A stretch of DNA of 64,000 bases from Armatimonadota bacterium (GCA_039811685.1 JBDHZC010000003.1:96001-160000); one strand, 5' to 3'. Counted from the stretch's first letter, positions 37,451 through 46,302 are shown. The notes: a model not told the origin generated them from the sequence alone. Numbers and translations are program-made.

Positions 37451-37470
37451 CTTCGGAGGAATAGCAACTG

Positions 37471-37683
37471 ATGAAAAAATACCATCGCGGTGATGAGATG
37501 AGTGTTTGTGTGGAACGAACGGGTCTGGAGCCCCAGGAAGGAATCGCACATCTTCCTGACGACACCATGGTTATCGTGCTTGGTGCTGGTGACCGTGTTG
37601 GGCAGAGGTGCGACGTTGTGATCACGAGCGACATTCAGACGTCCCTGGGAGACTCGCTCATCGCCTCGTTGAAGGCCAGCTAG
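37471..37683 (+). CDS. Stand-alone TRAM domain protein, like the C-terminal TRAM of PIN/TRAM YacL proteins
   Basis: GDEMSVCVERTGLEPQEGIAHLPDDTMVIV..VGQRCDVVITSDIQTSLG..I.A; GGAGGA RBS. Confidence 0.8.
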   Translation: MKKYHRGDEMSVCVERTGLEPQEGIAHLPDDTMVIVLGAGDRVGQRCDVVITSDIQTSLGDSLIASLKAS

Positions 37684-37690
37684 GCGCAGT

Positions 37691-37808
37691 TCACTAATGC
37701 CAATCTGAAGCCACAGCGCTCACAGGCCAGCTCTTCCGGAGTCTTTGTGATCAGAGACTGCGGTTAGTGGTCGGTAGAGCCTGAGCGCAGCAGTGGTGAT
37801 TGGAGTGA
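37691..37808 (+). ncRNA. Putative ~120-nt rod-like RNA structure in the 3' region of the TRAM transcript
   Basis: Nested pairings TCACT/AGTGA, CCAATC/GATTGG, GCCAC/GTGGT, GCGCTCA/TGAGCGC, AGTCTTTG/CAGAGACT. Confidence 0.45.
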
Positions 37809-37905
37809 CGTTCAGAGCAGGCGGCCTCTCAACAATCCGCGATTGCATCGAACGTATATGATGGAGCCGGGATGAGCCCGGCGAAAACTGGAGAACTTCA
37901 CTGAG

Positions 37906-37938
37906 AAGGCCCGGGCGGCAGTAGCCCGGGCCTTTTTC
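37906..37938 (+). terminator. Rho-independent terminator
   Basis: AAGGCCCGGGC-N7-GCCCGGGCCTT followed by a T-tract. Confidence 0.8.
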
Positions 37939-38115
37939 TGCCACAGTCACAATCAGTCTGAAAGCTCCCGCGTTTCAGCTCGCTTTATCCCACGTCACTC
38001 ATCCCTGCTGCGTGTGGTGTACTCTTGCGTTTATTTTGAGGCTCTCACACGTTGGCAGTAAGGCGCTCTGCCCGACAGGTAAGCAGGTGCTCGACGGTGA
38101 GACTCTGCTAAACCG

Positions 38116-39063
38116 TTACTGGACTTTTGTCTGGATATCTCCCGCCTCGCGCACCCTCAGAAGAGAGTAGAGGTTGTTGCCGACCTTCTCGCAACTGCTG
38201 ATGCCAGTTACCGTGACCAGCTCATTTATATTCGGCAGGGTCAGTCCTGGCGCCCATACACGCACCCCATTATTCCCGTCTGCCGCCGTAATGGAGGAGC
38301 CGTCCCAGACAGTGAACGTGTTAGCCGTTTCGTCAACGGATGTCACATGGCCGCATATTTGAACGAGAAGGCCAATGTTGTTAAGGCCGTAGGAGCCGAA
38401 AACTCCTCGCTGACCCTTCCCGGTCGCGAGATCATAGAACCAGTCCCCTCCACCGAGAGCATCTGTGATCAACGTCAGCGGCTCTGGGCGGGCGCCGGAT
38501 TTCAGGACAGCAACTCTGGTCGGCTGAACATACCTTTCAAGATCGGCATTGGTCTGAATTGTGCCTGCGGAGCGGATGCTGTCGCCTGGATGGACCGGTG
38601 CTGAAGAGGCAAACCTAATGCCTCCACTGCGCATCTCGTCCTGCGCATAAAAGAAGCCGTCCCAGACCGCTGTCACCACTAGCGGAAGCTCGTAGAGAAT
38701 TTCGCTGTCGGCAAGCTTCTTCGCGGCCAGTAACCCACCAGCGTACGCGGAAAACTCCCGGCTGATGGCATCTACAGGCGAAGCCGATGAATCTTGCCCG
38801 ACGTAGGCCGTGAACTCCCGGCTGATGGCATCTACAGGCGAAGCCGATGAATCTTGCCCGACGTAGGCCGAGAACTCCCGGCTGATGGCATCTACAGGCG
38901 ATGCAGAGGAGTCTTGCCCGACGTAGGCCGAAAACTCCCGGCTGATCGCATCCACCGGAACTGGTGCGTCCGCCGAGATAGCTATGCACAGACTTGCTAG
39001 AGCAACTGTAAACAGTGCATACATCGAATATTTGAGGTTCCTAGCCAACTCACACCTCATCAC
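38116..39063 (-). CDS. Secreted repeat protein: signal peptide, 4x DAISREFSAY motif and C-terminal OB-like domain
   Basis: Hydrophobic N-terminus, 20-aa repeats, then VVTAV..FFYAQDE.RSGGIR...GLNNIGLLV..G...VTVTGISS..LRVR. Confidence 0.8.
   Translation of the reverse strand: MMRCELARNLKYSMYALFTVALASLCIAISADAPVPVDAISREFSAYVGQDSSASPVDAISREFSAYVGQDSSASPVDAISREFTAYVGQDSSASPVDAISREFSAYAGGLLAAKKLADSEILYELPLVVTAVWDGFFYAQDEMRSGGIRFASSAPVHPGDSIRSAGTIQTNADLERYVQPTRVAVLKSGARPEPLTLITDALGGGDWFYDLATGKGQRGVFGSYGLNNIGLLVQICGHVTSVDETANTFTVWDGSSITAADGNNGVRVWAPGLTLPNINELVTVTGISSCEKVGNNLYSLLRVREAGDIQTKVQ
38742..38958 (-). repeat. 60-bp coding tandem repeat (~3.6 units) encoding PVDAISREFSAYVGQDSSAS
   Basis: Near-identical 60-nt period, visible as aligned lines 38761/38821/38881. 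Confidence 0.95.
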
Positions 39064-39106
39064 CCTCTCAAGAGTCAGACGCCTGGTTACAGCGCCAGCT
39101 CAAACG

Positions 39107-40342
39107 CTATGGCTTTGCCGCACGGACCTGGATCGCGGTAATGCCTTCCGGCAGATTGACGTCACCTTCCCAAGTCGAAGACGAGACATCTCCTGAGGTC
39201 ATCGCGAGGTCCACAAACTGTGCGTTGGCTCCACGTGATATTACCCTGGCCTTGACGATCCACTCCGCGGGTACGTTGGACGCATGCACGACGATGTGCT
39301 GCGAGCCCGCTCCGGTGAAGGCCAGATCTGTTTCGCCAATCGACATACTTGCACGTGGATCGGTGCCAACGGCCTGCCCACCAAGAGATACCACATCTAT
39401 GCGGGGGCGGCTCGCGGCAGGCCAAACGTCGGCTTGTGTTAATGTAGCGGTATCTACTGAAGCCACTGGGCTGACGGTGCCGCCTGCGGCCACGGTGTTT
39501 GCGCGTAGTCGTACTCGTCCTGTTAAAAGACCATCAGCGCCGACTGCAGAAATCTTCCCGGCAATATCTATTGCGTCAGCTACTATTTTTATGGCGCCAC
39601 CGGCGGCGTAGCTGCCGTACGATATGATTGCATCTGCTGTAAGCTGACCCGCAACGGATACGAAACCTGATGCGGCGATCAACAGAGCGCCACCTCCGCT
39701 GCCGCCGCTGCCCACGGTGCCCACGGTGCCGCCGGCTTTGCCTGCTCCGCCACTGCCGCCTATGAGCTGACTCACTAGTGGGTCACCATAGGTCACTGCT
39801 ATGACACTTGCTGGGTACCGGGACCCAGCGACGGCGTAGGAGCCGTTAGCGTAGTCGTAATAGCCCGGATTATAGGAGTTTCCGCCGCCGGGGCCAAACC
39901 CGGGAGAGGAGCCGAGACCCGCTTGCGGACCAAAACCTCCTCGAAAACCACCTGGGCCCGGCTCAACCAGAGTGCCATTAGAGAGACCAGATTTTCCGTT
40001 TAGAGAAACCGTCCCTGCTATACTGACGGTCCCGTTTACCAGCCAGACAACCGGCGCGCGAGAAGGGTGGTTCTTGAACGTGACAGTGCAGCCCGCGGGT
40101 ACGTTAACGGAGGAATATTTGAAGACGACGGCCCACTTCTCCGGGTCGTAAACACCGTTACCGGCTACTGTTGGTGCGCTGTCCCACTGACCAGTGCTTG
40201 CGAGAGACAGGTCAACCACATAACTCGTGCCGGTGGGATTGAAGGCGCCGTCGGACCCGTCTGCGCCCGGAACGACGATATCTGCGGTCGAAAAAGAGGC
40301 GGCAAGCGCCAGTACAAGCGAAGCGAGTAAAGCTCTCAACAT
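39107..40342 (-). CDS. Secreted glycine-rich hypothetical protein with a C-terminal Ig-like beta domain
   Basis: Signal peptide; DGSDGAFNP, GPGGFRGG and GGSGGGA motifs; GAGGAGG RBS; co-oriented 43 nt upstream of the repeat gene. Confidence 0.75.
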   Translation of the reverse strand: MLRALLASLVLALAASFSTADIVVPGADGSDGAFNPTGTSYVVDLSLASTGQWDSAPTVAGNGVYDPEKWAVVFKYSSVNVPAGCTVTFKNHPSRAPVVWLVNGTVSIAGTVSLNGKSGLSNGTLVEPGPGGFRGGFGPQAGLGSSPGFGPGGGNSYNPGYYDYANGSYAVAGSRYPASVIAVTYGDPLVSQLIGGSGGAGKAGGTVGTVGSGGSGGGALLIAASGFVSVAGQLTADAIISYGSYAAGGAIKIVADAIDIAGKISAVGADGLLTGRVRLRANTVAAGGTVSPVASVDTATLTQADVWPAASRPRIDVVSLGGQAVGTDPRASMSIGETDLAFTGAGSQHIVVHASNVPAEWIVKARVISRGANAQFVDLAMTSGDVSSSTWEGDVNLPEGITAIQVRAAKP

Positions 40343-40491
40343 AATATACCCTCCTCACGGCGGCTGTTCCGGCGCCACTTTTACGGCATGGTCAACCCGG
40401 GCCGGCTGGCTAGCTGAATACAGGAGTCCGCTACGGGGGGTTCTCCTCCCGGAACGCTCCTCACGGCTGCCATAAGCCACCAATCTCACCA

Positions 40492-40520
40492 ACGATAAAG
40501 CACTCTGCGCGTGCTGTCAA
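40492..40520 (-). promoter_or_regulatory. Sigma70 promoter of the Gly-rich/repeat-protein operon
   Basis: TTGACA-17-TATCGT on the minus strand. Confidence 0.6.
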
Positions 40521-40739
40521 TACTCCTTAGCAAAAAATGCAAGAAAATTTCGCAGCGCCAGCCGCTCTCCGGCCCTCGGAACCGCTCGCAAGAGCCGTGA
40601 CCTCACACCAGCTTGGACAGGTTTCGCCTACCGCGTAGTTCGCTGCAAAGAGGACAGCGCTTAATCCTGGCTGGGTCTGTCTGAGCTTTCTATCCAGTCA
40701 GCCTGCGCTAGGCTTCTGACCGTAGTACAATCCGGTGAT

Positions 40740-41681
40740 TTGAGCAGGGTTCATCACAACATCGCCTCCGGTTTTTCTGCGCTCAGCGGCAACCTTTACG
40801 TTCTGACGGGCGCGCTCCTGTGGAGCACCGGCGGTGCGGGAATCAAGCTAATCTCCGGGCTTTCGCCGCTGGCCATAGCGGGCGGACGCTCGTTAGTCTG
40901 CGCCGTGTTTTTCGCTGCTCTCCTGCGCGGACGTGTTATGCCCAAGGGGCGGTTCTCGCTGATTGCGGCCGGAGCGCTCGCCTACGCTGGAGTCGTAATC
41001 GGTTTTGTTGTCTCCACCCGTTTCACTACTGCCGCCAACACCATCATCCTGCAGTACACATCGCTGATCTGGGTCATCGTTCTCGGGTGGCTGTTTCTGA
41101 AGGAGCGCGCTCAGACTCACGAGATCATCGCAGTCGCAATCGGATTGGCAGGCGTTGTTCTTTGCGCTGGCGGAGGCTTCTCGCTGTGGCGCAGCACAGG
41201 TGTGTTGTCTCTTGCGTCACTGGGCGATGGCCTGGCGCTTTTCTCCGGGTTGTGCTTCGCGCTGACAACTCTTGCCCTGCGGCGCTTGCGCAGCGCCGCC
41301 TCCGCTTCTGAGGAGCAGCCCGGTGATTACGCAGCGCTTGTCACTCTGTTCTTCGGCAACACTCTGGCCGCAGTCGTTGGATTGCCGTCTCTATTGCGTG
41401 ACCTGCAAACGCCTGTAGCCGGCCAGAGCGTGGGCCTGTGGATTGTCGCCTGGCTTGGAATCGCGCAACTGGGTGGCGGTTACTGGTTTTTTCAACGGGG
41501 GCTGAAGACCACTCGCGCCCTGAGCGCCAACCTGATATCTCTGGTGGAGCCGCTGCTCAATCCTCTGTGGGTCGCGCTGTTTGTGGGGGAGACTCCCAGC
41601 CGGGAAACGACGGCCGGCGGGCTACTCATCCTCGGCGCGATCGTGCTGACATTTGGCCTGCGCCCGCGTCAGCTCAAATAG
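40740..41681 (+). CDS. EamA/DMT family transporter
   Basis: About ten TM helices, LWSTGG, LGWLFLKER, LVEPLLNPLW..GETP. Confidence 0.9.
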   Translation: MSRVHHNIASGFSALSGNLYVLTGALLWSTGGAGIKLISGLSPLAIAGGRSLVCAVFFAALLRGRVMPKGRFSLIAAGALAYAGVVIGFVVSTRFTTAANTIILQYTSLIWVIVLGWLFLKERAQTHEIIAVAIGLAGVVLCAGGGFSLWRSTGVLSLASLGDGLALFSGLCFALTTLALRRLRSAASASEEQPGDYAALVTLFFGNTLAAVVGLPSLLRDLQTPVAGQSVGLWIVAWLGIAQLGGGYWFFQRGLKTTRALSANLISLVEPLLNPLWVALFVGETPSRETTAGGLLILGAIVLTFGLRPRQLK

Positions 41682-41732
41682 CCCGCACAGCGACTGCGCT
41701 GCCCGCGACCTCCCAGCCTTTCCTCGCCAGCC

Positions 41733-42386
41733 TCAGGCGAACACTGCCGCCAGCTTTTCTTCCTGCGCTTCCTCCACAATCGCCACAAGTGTATCGTCCA
41801 CTGCCAGCACCGTATCGGCCTGCGGAATTCGCGCTTCGCCGTTTCGCAGCATTGTAATAATCAACGACCGGTCCGGCAGGTCCAGGGCGTCAATTCGCTT
41901 CCCGGCCACTTTTGACTTCGGCCCGACATGCACCTCAACAATCTCGATATCGCCCTTCTGCAGTGCGGCAAGCGGGACAACCTCATCGGTCTCGATGCTC
42001 TGCTCCAGCAGATTGTAAATCAGGCGCGTACTGTTGACAGTTTCTGCCACGCCGAGCTTTTGAAAAATCGGCTGATTTGCGGGGTCGTTGACGCGCGCCA
42101 GCACGCGAGGGACATTGAAGTGCCACTTCGCCACCTGACACACGACAAGGTTGTCTTCGTCGTCACCGGTTACCGCAACTACGACGTCAGCCCGCCGAAA
42201 CCCGGCCGCTTCCATGTACTGGATCTCCGCGCCGTCGCCGTGAAAGGCTACCTCTCCAAGCTCAGACTGCAAAAACGCCAGTCTGTTGCGGTCCTTCTCC
42301 ATCAGCAGTAGTTCGTAGTCCTGATTCATTAACTCCTTGGACAGGTAGTAGCCGACTTTCCCCCCGCCTACAATAATCACATACAT
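41733..42386 (-). CDS. trkA: TrkA/KtrA-family potassium uptake regulator (RCK_N + RCK_C)
   Basis: IVGGGKVG Rossmann motif, VTGDDEDN, RCK_C tail. Confidence 0.92.
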   Translation of the reverse strand: MYVIIVGGGKVGYYLSKELMNQDYELLLMEKDRNRLAFLQSELGEVAFHGDGAEIQYMEAAGFRRADVVVAVTGDDEDNLVVCQVAKWHFNVPRVLARVNDPANQPIFQKLGVAETVNSTRLIYNLLEQSIETDEVVPLAALQKGDIEIVEVHVGPKSKVAGKRIDALDLPDRSLIITMLRNGEARIPQADTVLAVDDTLVAIVEEAQEEKLAAVFA

Positions 42387-42388
42387 GG

Positions 42389-42847
42389 TCAGGCGCCCTC
42401 TCCTTCAGGCAACAGCGGTTCGATGTAATCCGTTATTTTTCCCCATTCCTGCTCCAGCACGTAATCCCGCAGCAGTCCCGCGGCCAGCAGCGGAGTACAC
42501 AGCGTCTGGATTCCCATCTCCCGATACGCCTGCGCGCGACTGGGATCATACATCCGCGCGACACACCTGGCGACTCCAAACTCATTTTTCGCAATCTGCG
42601 TGGACATGATATTGGTGTTGTCGCCGTTGGTCACCGCAATGAAGACGTCTGCATTCTCAATGCCAGCGCGGCGCAATACGTCCAGATCAATGCCAGAGCC
42701 GACCACTTCCGTCACCTCTGGCAGGTTTCCCAGCCGTCGAAACGCGTCCGCGTTGAAGTCGATGATGGTGACGTCGTGTCCGGCTTCGCTCAACATTCGC
42801 GCCGTAATCGAACCCGCGCGTCCACATCCCAGTATGATGATTTTCAT
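42389..42847 (-). CDS. TrkA-family protein (RCK_N only)
   Basis: ILGCGRAG, AVTNGDNTN, ARMYDP; no RCK_C. Confidence 0.9.
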   Translation of the reverse strand: MKIIILGCGRAGSITARMLSEAGHDVTIIDFNADAFRRLGNLPEVTEVVGSGIDLDVLRRAGIENADVFIAVTNGDNTNIMSTQIAKNEFGVARCVARMYDPSRAQAYREMGIQTLCTPLLAAGLLRDYVLEQEWGKITDYIEPLLPEGEGA

Positions 42848-42898
42848 CTAAAATCTCCCTGTGGTGAGCCACCTGTCTCTGTCAATGGCTTGCTGGCG

Positions 42899-43345
42899 CT
42901 ACATTCGCGCAATCCACACCTCGCACGCGGCGCGGTCAAGCACTGTCTGAACAACTCGTCTGTTCTGCTCCGCGCTGATTTCCTCTTGCTCCAGCCCCGC
43001 TTCCATTATGATCAGATCAGCTTTTATATCCGACGCCGCCTGCGCTATCGCAGCCCCTGCGTCTCGCACTGCAAACACGTCTGTGTGTATCTTCAGACCC
43101 AGCGTCCGTGCCAGATTTTCGGCTTTGTCCATCAGGTCATTAGCTTCACTTAGCCCCGGCGCGGTTTCGTCCTCCATTGCAACAGACATTGGGACAGCTA
43201 CGAAACGAGCGGCTGTTACGCGAGCGTTTTGAGAACGGGCCATGCGGCAGACCATTTCCAGCAGGGTGTCGTCTCTAGGAGTACCGCGGTAGGGCATTAG
43301 AATGTGCCTGGGCACGCGTAGGGCCTCCTCTCTGGTCTTCCACAC
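42899..43345 (-). CDS. Universal stress protein (USP)
   Basis: HILMP..., ADLIIM, VLDRAACEVWI. Confidence 0.8.
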   Translation of the reverse strand: MWKTREEALRVPRHILMPYRGTPRDDTLLEMVCRMARSQNARVTAARFVAVPMSVAMEDETAPGLSEANDLMDKAENLARTLGLKIHTDVFAVRDAGAAIAQAASDIKADLIIMEAGLEQEEISAEQNRRVVQTVLDRAACEVWIARM

Positions 43346-43346
43346 T

Positions 43347-44180
43347 TCATACGCGCACTCGCCTCTGGCTCTTCATCTTTATCTTCATTGGCGGCCCGGC
43401 GGCTATTTGTTCCGGCGTCAAGGCCGTTCGCGCCAGCAGCAGAGGGCAGTTTCCGCGTTCAAAAAGTTTTGCAATAAGCACGTGGAGTTCATCCGATCGC
43501 CGTTCGTTCTGAGTGACGCTCAACACCAGAAATGTCGCGTGGTGTTCGTCGATCTGCCGCAACAGGCCTTCTGAAAGATCTCTCACGAGCTCGATGTGCG
43601 TTTGATACGCCACTCCCGCTTTCTCAGCAGCAGCCGCGGCGCCCTGCAACAGGTCGCGGCCTCTTTGCTCCAGTTCGGGAAGCGGAGTGCCAAGCGGCAC
43701 ATCCCGTGGCACTTCGATGCAGTAGTGCAGGATGAGAGGCACCGAATACGCGCGCGCCAGACCTGCCGCGACTTCGATGTCGTCTGTGTAGTCCAGGCCG
43801 TACATCACAGGCACCAGAATGCCTCGGTCGGCCTGGGAAGATGCCAGGGCGCTTGCCTGAAGTGATGCCCGCGCAAGCTCCACCGAGTCCGCGACCGGCA
43901 CTCGAGATCGCAGACCAGGAACAGACTTGATCTCTTCGCGGACATCATCCGGAATATTCGCCATAATCATCCGCGCGCCAGACTGCCGGATATCCCTGGC
44001 AGCGTCAACAAAAGTGTGAGCGCCCTCCTCGGAGATGTCGGCCAGGTCCACGCAGTCGATGATGATGCCTTCAGGGTGTTCGCGAAGTAGAAGATTCGCG
44101 GCGGCTTTGATGGTGAGCCAGTAGTTCCTGTGAAGGTTCCCCGAGAGTGAGACCAGGTCGTCTTTGGCGTAAACGATCAT
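43347..44180 (-). CDS. STAS-like domain fused to a USP domain
   Basis: N-terminal LVSLSGNL..IIIDCVDLADISEEG (STAS-like); C-terminal ILVPV..NCPLLL (USP). Confidence 0.7.
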   Translation of the reverse strand: MIVYAKDDLVSLSGNLHRNYWLTIKAAANLLLREHPEGIIIDCVDLADISEEGAHTFVDAARDIRQSGARMIMANIPDDVREEIKSVPGLRSRVPVADSVELARASLQASALASSQADRGILVPVMYGLDYTDDIEVAAGLARAYSVPLILHYCIEVPRDVPLGTPLPELEQRGRDLLQGAAAAAEKAGVAYQTHIELVRDLSEGLLRQIDEHHATFLVLSVTQNERRSDELHVLIAKLFERGNCPLLLARTALTPEQIAAGPPMKIKMKSQRRVRV

Positions 44181-44192
44181 CAGCGCGTACCG

Positions 44193-46250
44193 CTACGTCC
44201 GAGTGTCAATCGCGTGCTCCTTCTGCTGAGCGCTCATACGCGCGAGGGTCTCCGCATCCACCTCGCGATCCAGAAAATACCGCACATTGGTGACGATAAC
44301 ACCGGGTCTGTTAAGCAGATACAGCCGCAGCAACAGCCCGTTTTTGTTGTGCAGAAGAGAGTGGTACCACTTGCTGGACACGTACTCAGGCACGATGACA
44401 GTAACTGTGTGGTTCTCTCTCTCCTTCTGAACCTCATCCAGATAGACGAGCATCGGCGCAATGAGAGACCGGTAGAGGCTAGGCAGGATCACGAGTGGGA
44501 CTTCGTCTCCTACGTACTGCTCCCACTCCTTGCGCAGACGGGCGGTATCCGCGGGATCAATCTCGATATGCAGAGCGCGGCAGTCGTTGAATAGCGAGCG
44601 CGCGTAGTCCAGCGCCGGGAAAATACCCCGGTGCAGTGAGGGTACAGGAATCAGGGCAGTGTGGCGGGTCGGCAGGTCTCGCTCCGGCTTCCAGTTGACA
44701 ATAGAAAGCTTGCGCCGCATGTATTCATAGTGCGCCCAGATCAGCTTGAACATCGTGAACAGAACCGCGCCCGCGATGATCGCCCAGTAAGCGCCGTGAA
44801 CGAACTTCTCTGCGACGATGACACACAGCACCATAAAGGTACAGATTGCGCCGAAACCGTTGATGCTCGCGCGCAAGTGCCAGCCAAAGCTTTTCAACTT
44901 GATCCAGTGCCGCGCCATCCCGCTCTGCGAGAGAGTAAACGCCGTGAAAACGCCCAGGGCGTAGAGGGGAATCAGAGCGTCAACGCTCCCGTGAAACGCC
45001 ACAATCAGCACGATGGCCAGGATGCCGAGTAACCCAATACCATTTGAGAAAACCAGCTTGTCGCCCAGGTTGGCGAGCTGGCGCGGGAGGAATCTGTCGC
45101 GGGACATAAAGTACGCAAGCCTGGGGAAGTCAGCGAAAGCGGTATTTGCCGCCACAAGCAGAATGCCTGCCGTGGATGCCTGCATCGTCCAGTAGAGTAC
45201 TGCGCGAAGCCCTCCTGCGTGGCTGCCAAAGATTGCTCCCGAAAGCTGTTCGACTACAGCATTGGCGTGCTGGTGTTCTGTGGACCAGTAGACCACATGC
45301 AGGCGTGTCGACAGCAGGCTGAAGCCGCCGATGAGAAAGGTCATTATGCTGGCCATCATCACCAACGTGAGGGCGGCGTTTCTGGGCTGCGGTTTGCGGA
45401 ACGCAGGCACTCCGTCCGCTACGGCTTCGGTCCCCGTCATAGCTGCGCACCCGGAGGCGAAAGCCTTGAGCGCCACCGCGATGAGCACCACCGGCGCCAG
45501 GGAGGCGGCCGTACCAGCGTGGCCTCCTTTGAAGGTCTGGTTTACAGTGTCCTCATAGATCGTCCAACCCAGGTGCGGCCCCACGGTTCCAAGAATTATC
45601 ATCAGCCCGGCGCAGGATATGAACAGGTACGTTGGGACAGCGAACATGGTGCCGCTTTCCTTGAGGCCACGAAGATTTGCGAGTGTAAGTATGCCAATGA
45701 AGCATACACACAACAGCACCGGGTCGAGGTTGTAGGCGCGCCCCAGAGGAGTGCTGGTGAGGTTTTGCACGCCGGAGGCGACCGACACCGCAACTGTCAA
45801 CACATAGTCAATAAGAAGTGCGGCGCCAGCTATCAGGGATGGGTTGGTGCCCAGATTTTCTCTGCTTACAATATAGGATCCGCCGCCGTGCACATACGCA
45901 AATATCGTTTGCCAGTAGCTGGTTACCACGATCCACAGCAGCGCCACGATGGCCACGGTGATTCCAATCGTCATTTTGCTGTAGAGCGCCGCCAGTCCCG
46001 GAGCGGCCAGTCCCGCTGCGCCAAGCGCCAGAAGAATTTCCTGGATGGCATACGCGGAGGAGGATATCGCGTCAGAAGAAAAAACGGGTAGCGCGACGAC
46101 CTTCGGCAAGAGAGCGTGCTGCTGGTGTTCGGTCTCAATCGGCTGACCGAAGAGCAGACGCCGAAATCCCGAAATTTCGTGGTGCAGACCGCCGCCGCGG
46201 GTGCGGCGGCCGCCTCCCGACGGTGGTTGTGGCGAAGTGTCTTGACTCAT
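44193..46250 (-). CDS. APC-superfamily KimA/YdaO-like potassium transporter
   Basis: FSSDAISSSAYA, GGGSYIVSRENLG, LLIDYVLTVAVS, TGTEAV, IPLYALGVF; cytoplasmic C-terminal domain (SLYRSLI, VPEY, LHN). Confidence 0.85.
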   Translation of the reverse strand: MSQDTSPQPPSGGGRRTRGGGLHHEISGFRRLLFGQPIETEHQQHALLPKVVALPVFSSDAISSSAYAIQEILLALGAAGLAAPGLAALYSKMTIGITVAIVALLWIVVTSYWQTIFAYVHGGGSYIVSRENLGTNPSLIAGAALLIDYVLTVAVSVASGVQNLTSTPLGRAYNLDPVLLCVCFIGILTLANLRGLKESGTMFAVPTYLFISCAGLMIILGTVGPHLGWTIYEDTVNQTFKGGHAGTAASLAPVVLIAVALKAFASGCAAMTGTEAVADGVPAFRKPQPRNAALTLVMMASIMTFLIGGFSLLSTRLHVVYWSTEHQHANAVVEQLSGAIFGSHAGGLRAVLYWTMQASTAGILLVAANTAFADFPRLAYFMSRDRFLPRQLANLGDKLVFSNGIGLLGILAIVLIVAFHGSVDALIPLYALGVFTAFTLSQSGMARHWIKLKSFGWHLRASINGFGAICTFMVLCVIVAEKFVHGAYWAIIAGAVLFTMFKLIWAHYEYMRRKLSIVNWKPERDLPTRHTALIPVPSLHRGIFPALDYARSLFNDCRALHIEIDPADTARLRKEWEQYVGDEVPLVILPSLYRSLIAPMLVYLDEVQKERENHTVTVIVPEYVSSKWYHSLLHNKNGLLLRLYLLNRPGVIVTNVRYFLDREVDAETLARMSAQQKEHAIDTRT

Positions 46251-46272
46251 ATCTGAATCGAGCGCAACCGGC

Positions 46273-46302
46273 AGTTTAGCCCCAAGCGCAGTGATGCGTC
46301 AA
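46273..46302 (-). promoter_or_regulatory. Sigma70 promoter of the potassium operon
   Basis: TTGACG-18-TAAACT, 22 nt before the ATG. Confidence 0.55.

Noticed and set aside
37124..37471. 115-aa ORF overlapping the structured leader
   Set aside because: TTG start, low-complexity L/S/R/P composition derived from CU-rich tracts, and no recognisable domain; not fully excluded because its stop overlaps the TRAM ATG.
37855..37890. Hammerhead ribozyme-like core (TGATGGA-stem-GAAA)
   Set aside because: Does not match CUGANGA, and stems I and III with an NUH cleavage site could not be formed.
38742..38958. CRISPR array or DGR template/variable repeat
   Set aside because: Units are contiguous, near-identical 60-mers with no unique spacers and lie in frame within a CDS; no cas or reverse transcriptase gene occurs in the window.
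39107..40342. Horizontal acquisition suggested by locally AT-richer codons
   Set aside because: Only a visual impression over short stretches, with no mobility genes or boundaries; it would need a computed GC3/codon analysis.
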